DNA of 64,000 nt. Source: Amoebophrya sp. A120 (lineage: Eukaryota; Protista; Dinoflagellata). Location of the stretch: contig CAJINV010000018.1 in the NCBI GenBank assembly GCA_905178155.1, forward strand, positions 1,178,501 through 1,242,500, in the 5' to 3' direction. Position numbers and translations under genes: made by a program. Every line of letters starts with the position of its first letter. The first letter of the stretch is position 1. Of the stretch, positions 48,711 through 59,800 are shown in pieces. Under the pieces are notes generated by a model. The model was not told the DNA's origin. It searched no databases and was given only the letters and a program-made list of their open reading frames with translations.

Positions 48711-51700
48711 TCACGCTGTATCTTCTATCATCTTCAAAATCATTTGCACATCCCGAACGCAGCCCATGATAATCGGGCATCGGTCGTGGATTTTCTCTGG
48801 ATTCACCTCCAAGATCCGTCCGCACTTCCCGCGAAACATGCCGGTATTGGTATTGTTAGGAAAAATCTTCACTCCCCATGTCGAAAAGGAAATTTGTGAT
48901 GCTAAAACAACCGCACCGACATTGCCATTGTCCATTATCACTGGGGAAGCAAGCCTCCGCAGGCGCTGGAGGGGCATAGGGTCAGCTTCGTATTGCAGGA
49001 AGGCCGCATCGCGGCCAGATCGCCAGCCTAGGTAGGGGCGTTTGTGTCTAGTTGCTCAGCATTGCAAACGGCTGCCCTTTAGGCCAAAAAGCATGACAGA
49101 TGGCTTCCACAATGGGACGGAAGCTTCTGCCCTTGTCTTCTTGCAAGACAGATGCGATCTGTGACCACAAATCAGCAACCCGAATTTTTGGAAGCGTGCC
49201 TTTTCAATATGGGGAGGGGTGATTTTTCCCGACAATAATTGGCCAACCCACCGGCTTGTTCCGTGATCAAGGCCATCGGGAAGCCCTCGTACAAGATATC
49301 ACAATGAAAACTGCCCCCATGATCCCAAACTTGGCAGCATTTGCATTGCAAACCTTTCCAATAGAAACATTCCCCGTCTTACATATCTCAGCATCACAAA
49401 TTTTCCATGCTGAATAGCTCAAATTTGTCTTGCGAAGGACCCCAACAGTGGCCGGATCTGTCATGCAGAAGGCACCTTGCGGTTGCGCACCCAGATTCTG
49501 CATCAGGAAGGCTCGCAATCCTTTCATGCAAGACAAAAAGCTTTCATTTGGAAACTTTGCATGACAAACTTCTGCAAATTCCGGGGTGGGAGCATTTTTC
49601 ATTGCAGTACAAGACCCGGAGTTTCCCTTTGGTCGATTTCTGGTCCGCGGGGTACAGGAAAACGCCGCCGTTATTACAATGAAAAATACCCCCACGACCC
49701 CCGATCTTGGGCGCATTTGTCTTGCAAATCTTTCCATATGAAACATGCGCCATCTTGCATCTATCAGCATCACAGATTTCCGGTCGTGAATTATAGCAAG
49801 AATTTGCATTGCGAAAGATCCCAGCAAGAGCGGCGCTTGTCATGCAGGCGCTGCGATACACGCCTAGACTCTGCATCAGAAAGATTCATACTCCTTTCAT
49901 GCATGACACAAAGTTTTCATTTGGACGCTTCGCATCACAAACTGTTGCAACTTTGGAGGTGGGGACATTTTTCATTGTAATAGCCGTAGAGGAGACTTCG
50001 GTGGACGTCGGATACCATGGACCCCACGTACCGCGCGGTGTAATCGTTTTCCTTGCAGTAGTTCACAAAATCATGGATCCCTTTCTCCTGTCCTGTGCAA
50101 AAGTATCGGGCTCGTACTGGAGTACAGGCGCAATGTTGCTGCACGACATAAGCAAGACGACTCTGATAGTAGATATGGTCCTACCATTACAAATTGCACT
50201 GTTTTTAATTTTCCTGTACTCCGATAAAAACTCATGCTAGCACTTTACTTTTGCAATCCATACATCCCAGTGCTTGGAGTTGCCTTCGTTGCACGAGTAG
50301 ATCTTCTTCCCGCCGTTCGAAGGTATTTTGATGTTTTCGATAAACATGAACTCTCCGATGGAGGGGTCCAATTGGTACCGCTGCACGCCGGTAATAGTTT
50401 CCGGCGCGGATATTACCAACTCGCAACCGGCACCGTACCTGATGAAAGTTGTGCATTATTTTTGCGGTCGTGATTTTATCTGATTCTGATCATGCGGTTT
50501 TGATTTGCATACAAAATTCTGATGTTTTCATCATTCTGTGTCTGTTCACAAAGCGATGTCGTGCATGGCGAAAGCAGAAGTAGGTACATTGAATATCCCG
50601 CAGCCACGATTTCCGTTCCGGGTCGCAAAATGTCGTCCACCGTCGCTTTTCCGCTCATGGGTATCTATCCGCCAGAAAAGAGTTTGCGATCGCGCAGTTT
50701 GTGATGCGTATATCTTGATGGCTAGGCGAAGGGCCAAAGGTTGTGTTTCTTGCATGTTGTAGCGTGTATTAGAATGCTAGAAAGTTTTGCACGAAGCCTT
50801 CGTTTATTTCTACGCTCCTCTTCTTTCCGCATGACAAGTTTGCCACGATGTTGGTACTAATTTTCTGTGTGATAGTGACAGCCTCTTGTAGATGCTGAAA
50901 ATCGAACCGACAGAACCGGTATGCAATGCAAATTTACGTCTGCATCTCCAAGGAGTACACATGCGCATTTCACATCGCACAAAAAGCATCATGTATCAGC
51001 GGCAACAAGGGTCCTTTTCTTGTCCCGGAAGGAATGCATTTGTATTTCTCATGCGGCGTAACCAGGGCTGCAACCAAGCATCATATGAGAGAAGTCCTCA
51101 CCTTTTTAGAAACAGTAGCTATCGCCGACTAGAACCCTCGGAGCGGACCTTGCCAGAGCCAGCCATTCAAAAACTGCATGACAAAGAACCCTCGCAGGAG
51201 TGCTGTTCCAGGCCCAGACATATTTGCAGTTGATAAACGTTACAGTCGATGTTTGAACTTCCGTCCAGGGGATCGAAGGCGACGCAGAATATGCATTGCA
51301 AACATGTCTGGGTCTGAAAGGATGCGAACTTGTCATGCTAAGTCTGGATGGTACTTACAAAAATTTGTGTTGCATGACTACCAAAAGCTGTCCAGTTTTG
51401 AACAAGTTTAGAGGCAGTTTGTCACGCAGGATAGGCATGATAGGGACGTCGCAGAACCTGTCATGCTAGGTCCTACATTCCAAACCTCATGGGGCATGGA
51501 AAATATGCATGAGAAGTTTGCACTCTTCCAGACCCAGACATTTTTGCAATGCATACAGAAACAGGCCCCGCTATTTCCGTCTTCTCCAGAAGATGCGGTA
51601 GTACTGCTATTGTTGTTCTCCCCATGAACGACGATGGCGTCTTTTTCCTCTTATGAGAGTGTCAGGATTGAAGTCGACAGAGTTGTAATGCATAAAATCG

Positions 51701-53143
51701 ATACCAGTTGGAAGCCATATTTCCAAGCGGTGCATGACAAATTTCGGCACCGTCTAAATCCAGTCTGTCATGCTGTTTAGGGACAGAAAGTGTCTTTTGT
51801 CATGCTACATTAGTAGCTCTATCGCAGACCCAAAACAGGCTTACAGCCGGCCTCACTTGCCATCCCTGCAAGAGACACCCTTCATGCCTTGCCACTTATG
51901 CATGAGAAATTATTTCAACGTTGACGATTTCAGTCCTGACGCTTCCGTACCTCTTCCGAGACGAGTAAGCAGCACACGCCCGACTGCTTCAGAGAGTGGA
52001 CCCAGATCTCGTTGGCCAGCACATCCAGCTTCTTCACGTCGTCGCCACTGGCGTTCGAGTCCCCGGCCTGGCCGTACAGGTTGGAAATTCCGGCGCGGCG
52101 GATGGCGTGGGCGACCACTTTACAGGCGGCGTATGGAGGGGACAGGAAATAATGTCTTCCTTCGATCATGCAAAAAACACCTCTGTCATCAAAAAAAGTT
52201 ATCCTTGCCCTTCACAGCACCAGCAGGGCTGCTCTCGCGACAATTATGTACTTTACCGCGAACGTTGTTCCACAGCGCCTGCGGTAAGCGCACTCGCAAG
52301 CCGCTCCTAAGCGTCGGCGCACGCCTGAGTGATTTTTCGCGCGACTTCGGCTAAAGTCATTCGCGCCAGTTAAGCTGCAGTGCGAGCGTTGCACTACTTA
52401 AGCCGAAGTGCTGCTTCCTGCAGCTCCGGTGCTTTGCAAGACTCAGAGCAAGCTTAAGTGTTTCGCACGACTTAGACTAAGTAGTGCACTTCGTCGGTCG
52501 TCTTAAGTCGTTCGCACTACTTAAGCCAAAGTGCTTCGCGAACCTCTTAAGTCGTGCGCACGACTTAAGCCAAGGTGCTTCGCGAGCCTCTTAAGTCGGT
52601 CGCACGACTTAAGCCAAGGTGCTTCGTGAGCCTTAAGTCGTTCGCACGACTTAGGCGGTGATGCTTCGCGCGAGCCCATCTAAAGTAATTCGCGCGAGTC
52701 ATCCCCATGCTGTGGCTTTTCAAAAGCAGACTGCATCACAATATGGCACTTATTTCCTTCATTTGGTGCAATAGCTGCCAGACAAAGCAATACGAACCGC
52801 CATTTTTCGCCGAGGCACGGTAGCTGAAGTCATTGTCATTATTTTTATTTCCTGATTCATAAATTCTGGATCGCGTTCATCAGTAGCGCCAGTTTGTTGT
52901 CGCCCGTGCACGCAAAAGTTTGCGTGACATTTTTTGACGTGGCTTATGCAGAGGCATGCTTTGGGCGTGGAAACAAAAGTTGTCTAGCTGTGCATTAGAA
53001 CCACGAAGCCAAGATGCTGGTGTCATGCTGTAGAACAAGCAGCAATAGAAATTTCGTTCTCCAGCCACAAAAGCTCACTTTGATACCGCTCGGGACAGAA
53101 AGACCGCATCGTCGGGGTAAAACGTGCCTGCCGGGCGCGACAT
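48711..53143 (-). CDS. FBP: Fructose-1,6-bisphosphatase class I; 10 IEs plus one GT-AG intron
   Basis: [90 protein letters not shown] and GKLRVLYEGFPMA. Confidence 0.96.
48851..49237. mobile_element. IE, family C, in FBPase CDS
   Basis: ATTGG direct repeat; removal gives AGGLANTG. Confidence 0.9.
49297..49609. mobile_element. IE, family H (TIR TATYACAATGAAAA), in FBPase CDS
   Basis: CAAGA direct repeat; removal gives KLRVLYEG. Confidence 0.92.
49672..49982. mobile_element. IE, family H, in FBPase CDS
   Basis: GCCGT direct repeat; removal gives LLYGGVF. Confidence 0.92.
50089..50262. mobile_element. IE, family E (diverged), in FBPase CDS
   Basis: TCTCC/CATCC repeat; left end TGT; removal gives KHWDKGI. 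Confidence 0.82.
50666..50874. mobile_element. IE, family G-like (diverged), in FBPase CDS
   Basis: GTATC/GTGAC repeat; removal gives YKRLSPMSG. Confidence 0.78.
50920..51235. mobile_element. IE, family A (diverged), in FBPase CDS
   Basis: ACCGG/AACGT repeat; removal gives NIDCNVSVG. Confidence 0.85.
51290..51555. mobile_element. IE, family A, in FBPase CDS
   Basis: CAGAA direct repeat; removal gives [10 protein letters not shown]. Confidence 0.92.
51652..51949. mobile_element. IE, family F, in FBPase CDS
   Basis: CCTCT direct repeat; removal gives VSEEEKDAI. Confidence 0.9.
52132..52861. mobile_element. Old IE with no surviving direct repeat, carrying a nested palindromic array
   Basis: TATG..AAATAATG.C imperfect TIR; removing it plus 5 nt joins NAIQ to ACKVV. 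Confidence 0.78.
52250..52700. repeat. Tandem ~44-bp palindromic repeat (CTTAAGTCG.TCGCACGACTTAAGCCAAGGTGCTTCGCGAGCCT)
   Basis: About 4 well-preserved units at 52500-52680 plus degenerate flanking units. Confidence 0.8.
52945..53085. mobile_element. Diverged short IE in the first FBPase exon
   Basis: TAT..ATA ends, TGGCT/CCGCT repeat; frame restored. Confidence 0.7.
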
Positions 53144-53852
53144 GGGTTAGTGTGTTCACGTTTGAAAAAGATTTGTGTTGCGAAAGCGACAGGTTGTGTT
53201 GTCACACAGAAAGATTTGTCTATGGCTAAATGTGAAAGCGTAAAGCACTAAGAACGACAGCCGTGCCTCTCTGTTGTTCCTCCACGTAAAAACGAAAATA
53301 ATGAGAAGAAACAGCCACTTCTTTCTGCATCGTGAAGAGTCCAAGTACAACTTCTACCACTAGCTACTTCGCTCCGGAACCAACGAAAAAAAAAACTGCT
53401 GCTCAACATACGATTCTTCACAAAACCCTGCGCTCTTCCAGGAGCATTAGACCTTTTATACTCGCGGAAACAACCGACAAACGTTGTGCCGCAGAGCAGG
53501 TGCGCGATCTGAGCCGCTGACTGAGTGAATCACTGCTCTTCCTTTCATTATTTTTGTCGCGCCTAAAATCTTTAACTTGTTCATACTTGATACTCTGATA
53601 CGCAGTACATTCAAATATCCAAATCTGTCGCTGGTTTCGTTCATTCAATCAAACCATTGTAAGTCGTTTCTTGAAACTGCGTCGCGGGAGGTTCAAGATC
53701 TCGCGCGATGATGCTCTTGATGTTGAGTAGGTGGACTTTTTCACCCAACATAGCATAATTGCTCTTTTCCTGGTGTAGTAGTAATGTAACTTCATGTGGA
53801 CCACGAGAGTTCTTGTTGTCGCCACCGAATTACAACAAACCCTCATATACAA

Positions 53853-56800
53853 CTACCGCATGCCCTTCAACTTGATCACTTCCGGCCCGGCCGCCCCCGC
53901 GCCGCTGCTCCCGCCCTTCCCGGCACTGCTATTCGCGTTGGTGTAACGCTCCATAATCTGGGCCATCCGCGCCCGTCGATCCATCTCTTCCCGTTCCGCA
54001 GAGGCAGGTTGATGCGCCGCCGGAATGGTATGGCCGCTGCTTGTTCCTTCGGCAGCCGAGCTCCACTTCCCGCCCTTGCCTTCCCGGCGGCCGGTCCGCT
54101 CTCGGTCTCGGGCGGTGTCTCGGTCGCGCTCGCTTCCCCGCGTGCTGCCACCGCCGGCTTCCGGCAGCGTCGAGAGAATGGCCTCGTCCTCGTACATGCG
54201 CTTGCTCTCGTTTCCAAGGTTGGACCGCTGGCACGCTAGCATGGCTTTGTAGCCCTGCGGCTTCGTGGCGTAGTCCCGGCCCACCGCAACAGCGCCAGTG
54301 CGATCTGGTGAGTCGTTTTGCGGATTGTTGTGTAGGTAAACCGCATGACAAAATCCATACATGTTGTATTTTCTGCATGACAAACAACGCAAAAATCATA
54401 TCATCAAATAGAAGTAGTACAGTGTTCAATGTATTCCTCCACGTATCTCTTGATCTCTTTTTCGTCGCCCTTGGATTTCGTCAGATCCTCATCGTAATAG
54501 CGGTAATTGTTTCTCCGCCGCCCGTATCAAATGCAAAAATGTCTGGGTCTGGAGGGATCCGAACTTGTGATGCGTGTTTCGGATCCTACAAAAATCTGTG
54601 ATGCATAACGTGCAAAAGGTGCCCACTTCTGACCATGCTGAGAGGCCATTTCTCATGCAGAACACGCATCACCAAGGAGCTGCAGAACCTGTGATGCTAG
54701 GCCCTGCATTGCAGACGTGGGGGAGCTTGGAAAAACTGCATCACAAATCTCGGGAGCTCCCAGACCCAGACACTTTTGCATTTGATAGGCCGCGCGATCG
54801 GGATCTGCGACTCCTGCCGTCCCCGCGCCGCGAACGGCGGTCTCGCGCATCGTGGCCGCTCTCTCCCGGACCGGCGTGTTCTGAGCCCGAGTCGGAGTCC
54901 GAATCTCTGTCCTCCTCTCTATGCAATACAAATTTATTCCCGTGCATGTACCAACTATAGCCGCCGGGGCGGGGGTAGTGAGGTCGTGGGCGTTTTTTTG
55001 CCGGCCGCAGCCTTGGCCGCGGCTTTGCTTTTTATGGGCTCGCCATACCACCGTGAGTAACGCTATGCCGCACGGTATGGCGGCCACTTGGGAAACGTCG
55101 CAAATTTTGGCACATTTCCAAAATTCCTTTCCGAAAGCCAGCCCCGGCGCGATGGGGCCGATCCGGGTGCCACGGGGGGCGCCCAAAAAGCGAAGAAAAA
55201 CCGGGCCCATAGCATGCGGATTGGCTTTGCGCGTCTGGTGCGCTTTTTATTTTTCGCGTTTTTATTTTTCACGCCGGCGCTTTTTGCAAAGCTTCCCAGG
55301 CTCTAAAACCGGCGAAAAGGCGGCCGCTTTCGCGGCCGCCCAAAATGCTCCGAAATCGCGGCCGCGCCATGCTGTTTCGCTGTTCTGATTTTGGGCGCGT
55401 TTTTCGCGCGCCCCTTTTTGGGCGCCCCAAATCGCCAGAAACCAAGGCAGCGGGCGCCTCAGAAGGGCGCCCCTTTTGCCGGCTCCCCTGCGTCGTTTTA
55501 TCAAGTGCGAATCGATAGTTTTCGACCGGGCTTGTTTGCCGCAAACGCCCCGGCCGCTTGATAAGTGAAAACTTTTTATGCTCAAAAACACTTCCGGCCG
55601 CTTCAAAACTGCCGGCCGTTTTTCAGGGTAGCTGTCAAAAAAACTCCCTGGTTAGAACCGTTCGGTGACCTCACTACATACAACACGCATCACAAATTTT
55701 ACCAATTTGGAGCGTGAAACTTGTCGTGCTAAACTAGGATCGAAGCCAAGTTTCGTCATGCAGAGACCGCATCTGTACGTGTATGGGAAATTTACTGTGG
55801 ATACTCTCTGTATTGAATCACCAACCCAAGGCTGACCAGCTGAATAGGCTCGGTCAAATCGATCTCTTGTTGTTGATCGAGAGCTCCTCCTGCGCCTGCC
55901 CTGGTTTGCTGGTGCGCCGTGGTACTTGTATTCTGCAGCTGCTCCGGTACAGCTGAGGCTGATGTCAACATGGCCGTTGCATTATTCGTCGCAAAACCTC
56001 CAGTCGCGGGTGATATTCCAACAGCCGAAATAGTTGTACCTCCACGCACATTGTTCCCCGTTCCGACGAGGTTCTTCTCGGTAGTACCCGCATTCAACAT
56101 CATCGCAGCCATCTGCTTTTTCTTTCGCGATGCCGCGCCAGCCATGAATTTCCCGGCGAGTGGTTTCCGCGTCGCTTTTTGCAACTGCTGGTGCGCGACG
56201 GCCGCGGCCGCATGGGGTGGCAGAGAGTTGGACCCATCTAAATGGCCGCCGCTGCCGCTGGGGATGAAAACAGGCTTAGAAGCAGCTCCATTAAGCGGCG
56301 CGACTTCGGTGACCTTGATTGCAATTTCCGCATTTTTGTCCTCTTTCGTTGTCGTGTTGACACCACCATCGTCTACCTCCATTGCAGCGCCTTCCTCCGA
56401 CTGACCCGCTTTGTTTTTTTCCTCGCTTTCCTTCACATCCGCGCCGTCCTGCGGGTTATTTTCCTGCTCGCGGCCCTCGATAATATTGCCGTCGTTCTCT
56501 TTCGTTTTCGCATCTTCACCTGCATTTTTGTCCATATTATCTAGTACAACTTTGTCGTGGTCCTTCTTCTTTTTCCTTTTCTTTCTCTCCAGTTGCGCCG
56601 CGAGAATCTCTATGGATTGCAAAAGTGTCTGGGTCTGGAAGATTGCCAGATTTGTCATGTAGGTTTTCCGTGACCCATGAGGTCTGGTATGTAGGACACA
56701 GCATGACAGATTCTGCGAGACCTTTCTAATGCCTATCCTGCATGAGAAACTGCCTCTCAATTAGGTCAAAGGTGCACAACTTTTGGCAATCATGCAACAC

Positions 56801-59800
56801 AGCTTTTTGCCTGATTCAGATTTAGCATGACAAGTTGCAATCTTCAAGACCCAGACATTTTTGCAGTTGATAATCTCTTTCTCGTCCCACAGGCGGATTT
56901 TCAGCCGGATATTCGAGAGGGTTTATGCATTGCAAAAGTATCGCACTCACATAAGTGCCAGACTTGCATGACAAATCTGGATTTCTTAGGTAATTCAGCA
57001 TGACAAATTCCATTTCTGATCTTGAGCAAATTTGTAATGCTGTTCATACTTAGCACGATACTTTTGCAATGCATAGCGTCGAGCCGTAGCTGATGCCAAT
57101 CACTTCCCCCCGTCTCCACTCAAACGTCGTGTTCACGTACGGGTTATGAAATGCAAAAATGTCTGGGTCTGGAAACTTGTGATGCTAAAATGTGCATGAT
57201 GAGAACACTTCCGAACGCAGTCCAGCATGACAACTTCCCAAAACGCTTTCTCATAGGCAATCCGCATGAGAAACTGCGTTTTTGCATGACAAAAGAGGCT
57301 GCGACTTTTGTTGGTTATGCAATACGGATTTTCTAGGTATGGAAAGCTAGCATTACAAGTTTCAACCTTCCAGACCCAGACATTTTTACAATCCATACGG
57401 GTTGCCGGGGGTGCCAAAAACGCACTCGACAAACGCTTCGATTTGGTTGCCGTACTGGTACACGCCGTCTTCCTTCTCCAGCAAATTCTCATTCTGCACG
57501 TAGCGTTCCCGACACACGTCCAGCATCGCCATCAACGGGGCTTTCTTCAAGCGAAACGCGGCGGCGGCGAGCCGGGGTAGCAGTACCACATCTTGGTACT
57601 TGTCCGTATTGACCAACTTTTCCGCGAACTCCCCGATCGTCAAGGTCCGCCCCCGCCGGTAGTGCGACCGGCTGTTCTGCTGCTGGAAATTGTGGTCCTC
57701 GTTCTCGGAGGAAGAGACCTGCTGTGCGGAAGAATGGTGCACCGCGGGCACGTGGTCCAAGACGCCAGCGTTTAATATTCCCGCTGCTCCACCCGGTCCG
57801 CCTCCTGCCAGAATCCCGCTCGTGTTTGTTGTTCCAACCCCGCCAGCACCGGGAACGGCAGCTCCGGAAGTAGATGTTGTCCCTACTGCTTCTCCCGCCG
57901 TTGTGCCTGCTACGGTGCCGCCGCTATTATTCCCCGAATTATTTCTCCGCACCGGGACGATCTTTTATGACAGTGCACAACTCCCCCTCCCCCTCATTTG
58001 TATAGCATCAACGGCAATACAAGCATCAGCAAGGATGCCGGTTTTGCATGACAAATTTGCGCTGGAGTGTAGTGCTATTTGGGCTACCAGAACTTGTCAC
58101 GCAACCAGTGGTGCCAAGAGGCAAAGGGTGGATTGGGTATTTTGCATGACAAATGAGGGAGAGGGGGAGTTGTGCACTGTCATATCTTTTGCACGTCCAA
58201 TAGGTATGGTTTGATCCACTCGAAGAACTTTTTCCCGTCGAAAACGAACCGGATCATCAGCAGAGCAACGCACCGGACAAACGGGTTACTGTGCTCCAGC
58301 AAATTGGTCAGCTCCTCCGTGCTCGGCCGCAGTTGCAACAGCCGGTAGCCTATGCATTGCAAAAGTACTATCGCAGTCGTACTAATCGCAGTCATGCATG
58401 ACAGGTCTATGATTTAAGGGAAAGCACCATTACAAATTGCACTCTTTTTCTTGGAAAAACTTGTATTGCAATTTTCACTAGTACGATACTTTTGCAATGC
58501 GTATATACGCAACACAGGTAGGAGCTGCAGTCTTGGTTCGAGGAAAATCTTTGGTAGGGCTCGTAGTGTATGCATTGCAAATATGTCTGGGTCCTGGAAG
58601 GATACAACTTGTGATGCTACGTCTGGACACTAGATAAAATCTGTATTGCGTGAAGAGCAAAATAGATGCAGTTTTCGCTACGCGGAGAGGGCATAATTTC
58701 TCATGCGGTATGAGCATCAGAAAGCTAGCGCCGAATCTGTGATGCTAAGGCATGCATCACAGACGTCATGAGTCATGGAGAATATGCATGACAAACCTGG
58801 CAATCTTCCCGACGCCAGACATTTTTGCAGTTGATATAGTCGTCGACGAATTGGTCGACTTGCTGGACCAACTCGGCCACGGAACCGCAGTTCTGCTTCA
58901 AATCTTGAAAATACTTCGCCTTGCTCACGTGGCCTCTGGTGAGGTCGGACACGTTGAAGGTCGTGTCGTTGGTATACTCTTTTGCCGGGTCGAGGAGGTC
59001 CGCGGGTTTCGCGGCCGAGGGGAGGTTTTGGCCCGCGCGTACAGCCCCGCCGAGCGGGTTCGCGGCGCCGGCGAGCCTGTGAAGGTCGGTTTGTGTGAAG
59101 ATGAGTAGATACTATAGACATAACTCTTTCTCTTTTCAGTACAAATGAAGTCTCGCCACTTTTTCCGTATCTGTTTTTCCTCAAAGGCTAGTGCATCCAT
59201 TTTGATGATGATGACTGTGATGATGCTAGAACCTCCTAGTACAACACACTGCTAGGAGTAGTAGTGCACAACTTCTCTACTTGTTTCCCTACCGCAAAAA
59301 GTCTCATCGACTATATAGTAGTACAGCTGCGCGTTGGCTGTTGCACTAGCTGAAGTGTTCACACTAGTAACCTGGGCTCCTGCAGCTGCAGTGGGAAGCA
59401 CCGCGCCGAGTTGCTGGGCCAAGAGCTGCCGTTGTTGCATCAGCTGCATGCTGAGTTGCGGATTTTGCATCATCTGTTGCATCATTGCCATCTGCTGCAT
59501 CTGCATCATCTGTGCCGCGGCCAGCTGCGGATTGCTATTCATCTGCGCGGCTGCAAGTTGCGCTTGCATCAGCTGCGGCGCTTGTTGGGGCGGTCCACCA
59601 GCTGCTGGAGGTGCTCCCATCATCATGCCGGGTAGCTGCAACCCCGCGGCGGCTGGTTGCGGTAGTTGTGGTGCCATCATCGGATTATTGTGGTTCACAC
59701 CAGTTGCAGCAATTCCCGCTGCGCTTGTAGTTCCCGGTGCCATCGGCGGGCCGATCGCCGGAGTCGCTGCTGCTGCGGTTCCTGATCCCCCCGCGGGTTG

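Noticed and set aside
800-58717. Many short ORFs sharing peptides such as [17 protein letters not shown] and PDPDIFAFD
   Set aside because: They are translations of family A TIRs in different frames, not a protein family
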